NCBI RefSeq assembly: GCF_028912405.1
Contig: NZ_JAKELO010000002.1
Coordinates: 969,276-1,001,275, forward strand
Direction: 5' to 3'
DNA: 32,000 nt
Source: Methanogenium marinum
GTDB lineage: Archaea > Halobacteriota > Methanomicrobia > Methanomicrobiales > Methanomicrobiaceae
Shown: positions 25,967 through 32,000 of the stretch, one piece after another
Position numbering within the stretch: position 1 is the first letter of the stretch
Layout of the letters: each line of letters begins with the position of its first letter
The notes under the pieces: generated by a model
Databases searched by the model: none
What the model was told of the DNA's origin: nothing
Seen by the model: the letters and a program-made list of their open reading frames with translations, nothing else
Translations under genes and position numbers: made by a program

Positions 25967-27340
25967 TTACAACATCCCATTGACCGTCCCGTTGGTATCC
26001 CGCGTAAATATGAATGAGTCTGCTGATTCCGGGGTCACAAAAAACGTATCATTTCCTTCATAGAAGAGTTCAACGGACTCATGAGGCACAACCGAGGTGT
26101 AAAAAAGGCGATTGCCTTCAGTAAATACCGTATACGTCCATGTCTCATCCAAATCCGACGGATAAACTCCTACATATTCCCCAAGTTCTTCTGCTGTCAG
26201 GGAAACAGCCCTGCGATCGATCTTCTGTGGCAGGGAATACGGCTCGTTAAAGACAATTGCCGGAAGGTTTTCATGGAGACTTTCCATCTGCGCACGGTCA
26301 TGGTTTGAAAGGAAAATGACATACACATCTTCATCCGGGCAATAGGCAGTCTCCGAAACAAACCCTAACACATGCCCGGAATGGCCGATAAAGGTGCGGT
26401 TGGCAATGACGCCACTGGTAATCCCAAAATCGTATTCTGCCATTGCATCAAGCGACTGCGAAGTAAGGATAACACCAGGGGTTTGGAATGCCCGCTCCCA
26501 TAAAAAGAGATCTCCGGTCGTGGAGTGGAGCGATCCGGCACCGTACAGATTGTGGATATTCTGGAGATCGTAATGAATATGCTTCCCGTCCATTGTGGTA
26601 TACCCGGATGCACGATTGGTAAAAACATCGCGGGCATTGTCCGGTCCTGTGTTGGTCATTCCGAGAGGTAAAAAGAAATTCTCCTTAAAATATTCGTCAT
26701 ATGACAGGCCCGATGCTCGCTCGATTATGTAGCTTAACGTGGTGTAGCCGTTATTGGAATAGGCATATCCCTCGCCAGGCTCAAAGGTGAGCGGAAGGTC
26801 GGCAAACCGTTTCACGAGTTCGGGAAGTGCAATATCGTCATAATCGATAATCAGATATCCTCCCAGATTCGGGATCCCCGAGGTGTGGTTCATGAGATGA
26901 TAGATACGGATATCCTTCCACTGAGGGGCATCGGGAATATAATCCATAACCGGATCAGTAATATTCAGCCGCCCCTGCTCCTGCAGCTTCATGAGGGCAG
27001 CAACAGTGAACTGCTTGGTGTTCGAGGCAATAGGGAATACCGTCTGCGGGGTGTTAGGGACAGAGAACTCTTCGTTTGCCATACCGTATCCTTTCGAGAG
27101 GAGGATGGTATCACCCCGGGCCACCAATACAGTTCCGCTGAACTGACCCGCATCGTCAAGCGCCGTCATGTATTCGTCAAGATTTTTTGATGTCGCTTCG
27201 TCAGCCTGAGAAAGTGATATTGTTGTAGAGGCAGCGGCATCCGGATTGTCGCTTTCCGCCACCGGGGACGATGTAACACAACCGGCAGTAAAGATGATGG
27301 TAATAATAACCAGAAAAATTCCTGCAATTTTCAATTTCAT
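25967..27340 (-). CDS. Secreted or lipid-anchored serine hydrolase (beta-lactamase / PBP4* class C family)
   Basis: SxxK (ASNTKQF) and YxN (YSNNGY) motifs. The N-terminal signal ends in TAGC, which is lipobox-like. Confidence 0.85.
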   Translation of the reverse strand: MKLKIAGIFLVIITIIFTAGCVTSSPVAESDNPDAAASTTISLSQADEATSKNLDEYMTALDDAGQFSGTVLVARGDTILLSKGYGMANEEFSVPNTPQTVFPIASNTKQFTVAALMKLQEQGRLNITDPVMDYIPDAPQWKDIRIYHLMNHTSGIPNLGGYLIIDYDDIALPELVKRFADLPLTFEPGEGYAYSNNGYTTLSYIIERASGLSYDEYFKENFFLPLGMTNTGPDNARDVFTNRASGYTTMDGKHIHYDLQNIHNLYGAGSLHSTTGDLFLWERAFQTPGVILTSQSLDAMAEYDFGITSGVIANRTFIGHSGHVLGFVSETAYCPDEDVYVIFLSNHDRAQMESLHENLPAIVFNEPYSLPQKIDRRAVSLTAEELGEYVGVYPSDLDETWTYTVFTEGNRLFYTSVVPHESVELFYEGNDTFFVTPESADSFIFTRDTNGTVNGML

Positions 27341-27608
27341 AATTGTACCTCTCTCAATTCTTTTTCTGAATCACGGAACCACAACTCACACATTATATTC
27401 AGGATTCAGAATAAAAAATATGTGCCTTAATGCAAAAGAACTATTGAATTTATCTATCGTCCTGTTTGAGGATGCATTTAATTTTGGACATATATCTGTG
27501 ACAATTCGGCTATTGGGCTTATTTTCGAATTATTCTGCCACCGCATGCGTTTATCAGCACCTATATATTCCATTTTATCTGAGATACCTATCATTACCGG
27601 AGATATTC

Positions 27609-28337
27609 ATGCCGCCTGTCATCAAAACCAATACCTATACCAAACTTTTTGGAGACCTGAGAGCAGTTGATACAGTCTCTCTTTCTGTTGAAAAGGGCAG
27701 TCTGTTCGGGCTTTTAGGACAGAACGGCTCGGGAAAGACAACGATGATTAAGATGCTCACCGGACAGATGAAGCCATCTTCCGGGACTGCAGAGGTGCTT
27801 GACATTGACCCTTCCAAAGAACCGGTAGCGGTCAGAGAAGCGGTCGGAATCATCCCCGAACAGGAAACCCCCCCGAGTTTTCTGACGTCAGTTGAGTATC
27901 TCGCATTCGTCGGAAAAATACGGAATATCGAAGGTATTGAAGAAAAGTCGCAATGGTGGTTTGAGTATCTTGACTTCGGTGACAAACGAGATGTCCTCTG
28001 CAAGGATCTCTCGCGGGGAACACGGCAGAAACTGATGTTTGCCCAGGCATTCCTTCACTCACCAGAGCTTGCACTGATAGATGAACCCCTGATTAACCTC
28101 GATCCCATCATGCAGAGAAAGGTGAAGCAGTTTTTGACAGACTATGTGCAGTCCGGCAAAACCATCTTCCTCTCAACCCATATCCTTGAAATTGCAGAGG
28201 AAATCTGTACCGACTTTGCCATCCTCCATAAGGGAAAACTGCTGCACACGGGAACGGTGCGTGAACTGACAGAAAAAAACATTCATCTGGATGATTTTTT
28301 CATGGACCTTGTTGAACGGGGAAACAAGAATGTTTGA
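27609..28337 (+). CDS. ABC transporter ATP-binding protein
   Basis: Walker A GQNGSGKTT, signature LSRGTRQKL, Walker B LALIDEP. The start is set at ATG 27609 (MPPVIKT). Confidence 0.9.
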   Translation: MPPVIKTNTYTKLFGDLRAVDTVSLSVEKGSLFGLLGQNGSGKTTMIKMLTGQMKPSSGTAEVLDIDPSKEPVAVREAVGIIPEQETPPSFLTSVEYLAFVGKIRNIEGIEEKSQWWFEYLDFGDKRDVLCKDLSRGTRQKLMFAQAFLHSPELALIDEPLINLDPIMQRKVKQFLTDYVQSGKTIFLSTHILEIAEEICTDFAILHKGKLLHTGTVRELTEKNIHLDDFFMDLVERGNKNV

Positions 28338-29736
28338 AATGTTCACCAGCATGTTCAAAGAAGAATGGCGGATGCATTCAACGCTGTTTGGCAGTCTGAA
28401 TTTTGCCCTGTTTCCGGTGCTGATATTTGGAATCGCCTTTATGGGCGCATTTTTGCTGCCCTTCATTGGTAGCGTGATGGACGTATCCGTCCTGGTATTC
28501 CTGATGCACGGCAACTTTGCCCTTCTGGGAATAATGGTCGGCTCATTCGGTCTCCTTGGTAAAGAAATAATGAACCGCAGGTTCGGGCAGGCAAGCCTTA
28601 TTGCCTATTCGGCACGCAGCCTTCCGGTCACGGAAAAACGGATTTTTCTGAATTTCGTTATCAAAGACATCGTGTATTACTTCATTCTCTGGGTATTGCC
28701 CTTCTGCATGGGATTTATTCTGGCTGCACCGCTGATGGGAATGAGCCTCTATTATCCGCTTCTGACCCTATTAACGCTCACCCTCTCCTTTCTCACCGGA
28801 CTGTGTGCCGTGTTTCTGTTATCAGCAGGATATTCCCGTAACAAGGCAGCGTTTGGAGGTATTATTGCAATCATGGCAGTTTCGGCCGGGTTGTTCGTAT
28901 TCGGATTTAACGGAGGGGCAACCGCTCTTTTCCCCCCGCTCGCAGTCTTTTATTCGTTCTCAGCAGGAAGCCTTGCAGTAGCCTTAGGTGTCATTCTCGT
29001 CCTTTTTGCCCTCTCGATGATCTTCTTTACCTCAGAATACCAGAGTGCGGAAAAACACTACAAAAACCGACACCCCCTGCTTTCGAAAAGACTTGACATG
29101 CTGCCGGAACATGATCTTGTTGCAAAAGATTTCATCGATCTCTACCGGAGTGGTATCGGAGTCGGGCAGACCCTGTTCTCATTTATTCTGCCACTGGGCA
29201 TTATATGGCTGATTCTTTCTCTCATGGGAGGATTCCTGCCGGAAGATTTGGTGTTATTGATGTTTGCAGTAGTTACCGGCGTTATATCCTCGACCATGTA
29301 CACCTGGCTGACCGAATTCGATGCAATAGCGTCGTATATGTTCCTGCCCCTCCGGGTATCGTCTGTTATCAAAGCAAAAATAGAATCATTCACCGTGCTT
29401 CAGGTAGTTCCGGTTATATTTCTTGCCTGTGTTGCCCTTTTTTCAGGCACTGCTGCATACATCCCCCATGCACTGGTAATTTCTCTTTGCATCTCCTTTT
29501 ATGCACTCTCTGTCCTTGTACGGTTATGCGGCCTCTCTCCCACCACGCTTATCTATAACGCCAGAGTTTTTCTGACCTACATGCTTCTCATCGGGCCGCC
29601 AGTACTCATTCTCATCGCCCTTACCTTTGCGAGTCCGCTCTTCGCCTTTGCGGGGATTTTCCTCCTGATTCCTTCATGGTACTTCATACAAAGCGGTTTT
29701 AAGAAGTGGGACAACGCTGAATTTACAGGATTTTAG
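28330..29736 (+). CDS. ABC exporter permease-like polytopic membrane protein
   Basis: The ATG at 28330 overlaps the ATPase stop by 8 nt. The protein has about 12 hydrophobic segments. Confidence 0.65.
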   Translation: MFEMFTSMFKEEWRMHSTLFGSLNFALFPVLIFGIAFMGAFLLPFIGSVMDVSVLVFLMHGNFALLGIMVGSFGLLGKEIMNRRFGQASLIAYSARSLPVTEKRIFLNFVIKDIVYYFILWVLPFCMGFILAAPLMGMSLYYPLLTLLTLTLSFLTGLCAVFLLSAGYSRNKAAFGGIIAIMAVSAGLFVFGFNGGATALFPPLAVFYSFSAGSLAVALGVILVLFALSMIFFTSEYQSAEKHYKNRHPLLSKRLDMLPEHDLVAKDFIDLYRSGIGVGQTLFSFILPLGIIWLILSLMGGFLPEDLVLLMFAVVTGVISSTMYTWLTEFDAIASYMFLPLRVSSVIKAKIESFTVLQVVPVIFLACVALFSGTAAYIPHALVISLCISFYALSVLVRLCGLSPTTLIYNARVFLTYMLLIGPPVLILIALTFASPLFAFAGIFLLIPSWYFIQSGFKKWDNAEFTGF

Positions 29737-29918
29737 ATGATAAAAATCATATTTCAAACACATAATTTTATTTTATAACTATTTTCAGAACAGACATATA
29801 GCATGAACAAAATAGAGACTGTCTGATACATGTGTATTGTTTTCAGCCTGGGGGACATGCCCGTCAGTTGAAAGAGAGAGAGAGAAACAAGAAACACCAA
29901 TAATTGGAGACGGATTAC

Positions 29919-30299
29919 ATGGGAATATTTAAAAAACTGGCGTTGGCTGCCGGTATAATACTAATTGTGATCGTATCGGTATTGTTCATCGGTTTGTATT
30001 TTGTATCTCAGGATCTGGGAGGAACCATCTATCTTAGCGAAACCCCGGGAGACAATATAACATCCGAAATAGTAGAAGTATCAGAGGACGATTTTAAGAG
30101 ATATCCCCAGCTGAGGGAATTGTTTGAAAATATCGATCGGGATGGCGGGGAATTTATAAGTTCGGTTCGTGTTCAGGGAAAGGCAATTGACGAGATTCGG
30201 TCGAAATACTCCGTTGAAGACTGCATTGAAGGCGGCCACAAATACAAAGCTATGTACTGGAACGGGAGTTATTACAGCATGCTGATTGCACGATCCTGA
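29919..30299 (+). CDS. Hypothetical single-pass membrane protein
   Basis: MGIFKKLALAAGIILIVIVSVLFIGLYF anchor followed by a soluble domain. No family recognised. Confidence 0.45.
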   Translation: MGIFKKLALAAGIILIVIVSVLFIGLYFVSQDLGGTIYLSETPGDNITSEIVEVSEDDFKRYPQLRELFENIDRDGGEFISSVRVQGKAIDEIRSKYSVEDCIEGGHKYKAMYWNGSYYSMLIARS

Positions 30300-30426
30300 T
30301 CCTGAGGAGTCTTGCCACATCTGTTCGGGTGTCCGCGAATCTTTTTAGAAAATGTATGGGGTATTAAAACGATTGAACAATTTATTATGAACCTTTTTAT
30401 GCCCTTCAAAAGGATCTAAAAAAGTA

Positions 30427-31716
30427 TTAGAGGGTCTCTGCCCCGTTCATGTAGGGCCGCAGGACTTCAGGAATAACAACCGTTCCGTCCTCTTCCTGGT
30501 AATTTTCCATAATTGCACGAATTGTTCGTGTTGTTGCAACCGCCGTGCTGTTTAATGTATGGAGGGGATACTTATTCTCGAAATCATGTGCGTCTCTCGC
30601 ACGGATATTCAGCCGCACCGACTGGTATGCCGTACAGTTAGAGCATGAAACAACCTCACGGTATGCCTCCTCACGCGGCATCCAGACCTCCATATCATAT
30701 TTCTTCGCGGCAACAGTCCCGATATCTCCGGTACAGATGTTTACCACCCGGTAGGGGAGACCGAGCATCTGGAAAATATCCTCTGAGTTTTTGAGAAGTT
30801 CCTCATGCAGTGCCCATGAATCCTCCGGTTTGCAGTAGACAAACTGCTCAACCTTGTTGAACTGGTGAACCCGGAAGAGTCCACGGGTATCAATCCCATG
30901 TGAGCCGATTTCACGCCGGAAACAGGGGCTGACACCTGCCAGTCTGAGTGGGAGATCTTTCTCATCAAAGATCTCGTCCATGTACATCGCAGCCATGGGA
31001 TGCTCGCTTGTGGCGATTAAAAACTCGTCCTCACCGTCAATGGCATACATCACATTCTCAAAATCACCGAGATCAGTGACACCCTCATACGCAGCACGGT
31101 TCATCATATAGGGCGGGATGACCGGCGTATACCCACGTTCACCAAGGACGTCAAGGGCAAGACGCTGGAGTGCAAGGTCCATGAGCGCAAGGTTTCCTTT
31201 CAGCATATAAAATCCCGCACCGGAAATTTTTGCCGCCCTCTCAAACTCCGCGAGGCCCTTTTCAACCGCAAGCTCACCGTGGTTTTTCAGTTGGAATGAA
31301 GGAACAACAGGTTCACCCCATCTTTTGATCTCTGCATTCTCAGTATCGTCCGCACCGACCGGAACACTCTCGTGGAGGAGATTGGGGATCCGCATCTGGT
31401 AGAATTTTATTTTCTTGTTTATCTCCTCAATTTCGGCTTCTGCTTCCTTTATTTTAGCAGGCAGGGATTTCGCTTCTTCAAGAAATCCGGAGATGTCCTG
31501 CTTAGCCTTTTTTGCTTCCTTAATATCCCGGCTGATGATATTGCGCCGGTTTCGCATGGTGTTAATTTCAATCTGCATCTCACGCGACTGGACATCCTTT
31601 TCTAAGAGATCATCAATCCAGGCGAGCTTTTCCACATCACCCCTCTTCGTGAGATCAGCCCTGACGACATCCGGGTTGTTTCGAATAAATTTTAGTTCAA
31701 GCATAAGTTCATTCAT
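30427..31716 (-). CDS. serS: Seryl-tRNA synthetase (bacterial-type)
   Basis: N-terminal coiled-coil arm, motif 2 CFRREIGSHG and motif 3 region. The true start may be ATG 31704 (MLELKFIRNNP). Confidence 0.93.
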   Translation of the reverse strand: MNELMLELKFIRNNPDVVRADLTKRGDVEKLAWIDDLLEKDVQSREMQIEINTMRNRRNIISRDIKEAKKAKQDISGFLEEAKSLPAKIKEAEAEIEEINKKIKFYQMRIPNLLHESVPVGADDTENAEIKRWGEPVVPSFQLKNHGELAVEKGLAEFERAAKISGAGFYMLKGNLALMDLALQRLALDVLGERGYTPVIPPYMMNRAAYEGVTDLGDFENVMYAIDGEDEFLIATSEHPMAAMYMDEIFDEKDLPLRLAGVSPCFRREIGSHGIDTRGLFRVHQFNKVEQFVYCKPEDSWALHEELLKNSEDIFQMLGLPYRVVNICTGDIGTVAAKKYDMEVWMPREEAYREVVSCSNCTAYQSVRLNIRARDAHDFENKYPLHTLNSTAVATTRTIRAIMENYQEEDGTVVIPEVLRPYMNGAETL

Positions 31717-31834
31717 TTATGCCCATCATAGGGGATTATTGTTACGAGCGCCTGTCAACAACTGCAATCAGAACCTTCAGTATTCACAGAGAGAAATCTG
31801 ACAAAAAAAGGGAAAATACCAAAATACCTCTCAC

Positions 31835-32000
31835 CTATTCATCACACGGCGAAGTCTTCCTTCCGGTCTTTCCGGAGAGAATGGGGACAGCGCAGATCAT
31901 CTTCAGCACGTCCGTCCCGGTATTCATGATCATGTGATTCTCGCAGGGACGGGTATAGACTACATCGCCTGCATGGATTGGAACTTCATCCTTGTCATCA
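31835..32000 (-). CDS. Cupin-domain protein, C-terminal part only (5' end beyond window)
   Basis: My own minus-strand translation from the window edge gives DDKDEVPIHAGDVVYTRPCENHMIMNTGTDVLKMICAVPI...*, a typical cupin_2 beta-strand pattern. It is absent from the ORF track because no start codon lies inside the window. Confidence 0.55.
   Translation of the reverse strand, partial: DDKDEVPIHAGDVVYTRPCENHMIMNTGTDVLKMICAVPILSGKTGRKTSPCDE

Noticed and set aside
29873-29884. (AG)6 microsatellite upstream of the small membrane protein gene
   Set aside because: It is short and occurs only once, with no sign of phase-variable placement relative to a start codon.
30427-31716. Bacterial-type rather than methanogen-type SerRS in a methanogen-like genome
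   Set aside because: As far as I know, the rare Zn-dependent methanogen-type SerRS is restricted to some methanogen orders and is not expected in all of them. This is probably normal for this lineage.
31719-31937. 72-aa plus-strand ORF after serS
   Set aside because: It overlaps the much better supported minus-strand cupin C terminus and the serS promoter region.
1-32000. Scan for CRISPR arrays, rRNA, tRNA, IS elements and integrases
   Set aside because: I saw no regularly spaced repeats, no tRNA-like cloverleaf candidates in any intergenic region, and no transposase or integrase-like ORFs.

Overview
The window looks like chromosomal DNA from a euryarchaeon, probably a methanogen of the Methanomicrobia. 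This is inferred from gene content (NreA plus ATP-dependent DNA ligase, a MOT-type molybdate transporter, oligo-T terminators, TATA-like boxes); no rRNA or tRNA is present to confirm it. Most of the window is ordinary, tightly packed housekeeping DNA at roughly 50-58% GC. It holds a DNA-repair cluster (nreA, lig, MBL hydrolase, ABC-class ATPase), a putative Mo/W handling cluster, hisD, a complete seven-gene trpEGDCFBA operon with overlapping stop/start codons, a secreted serine hydrolase next to an ABC exporter pair, serS and a partial cupin gene. The Mo/W cluster contains a molybdenum-storage-protein-like kinase-fold protein, two tandem small paralogs, a small wHTH protein and the MOT-family transporter. 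The exception is about 11.0-14.3 kb. Directly downstream of hisD lies strongly AT-rich foreign DNA (about 27% GC in sampled lines). It contains a diverged second copy of the last ~320 nt of hisD (an integration scar), a hicB antitoxin with a truncated hicA, and a small 4-TM protein. Its most notable content is a two-gene cassette: a ThsB-type TIR-like protein followed by a protein with two TM helices and a Macro-like domain, resembling a type II Thoeris anti-phage system in an archaeal host. A 735-bp gap with no credible ORF lies upstream of hisD and is unexplained. I found no CRISPR array, rRNA, tRNA, integrase or transposase.
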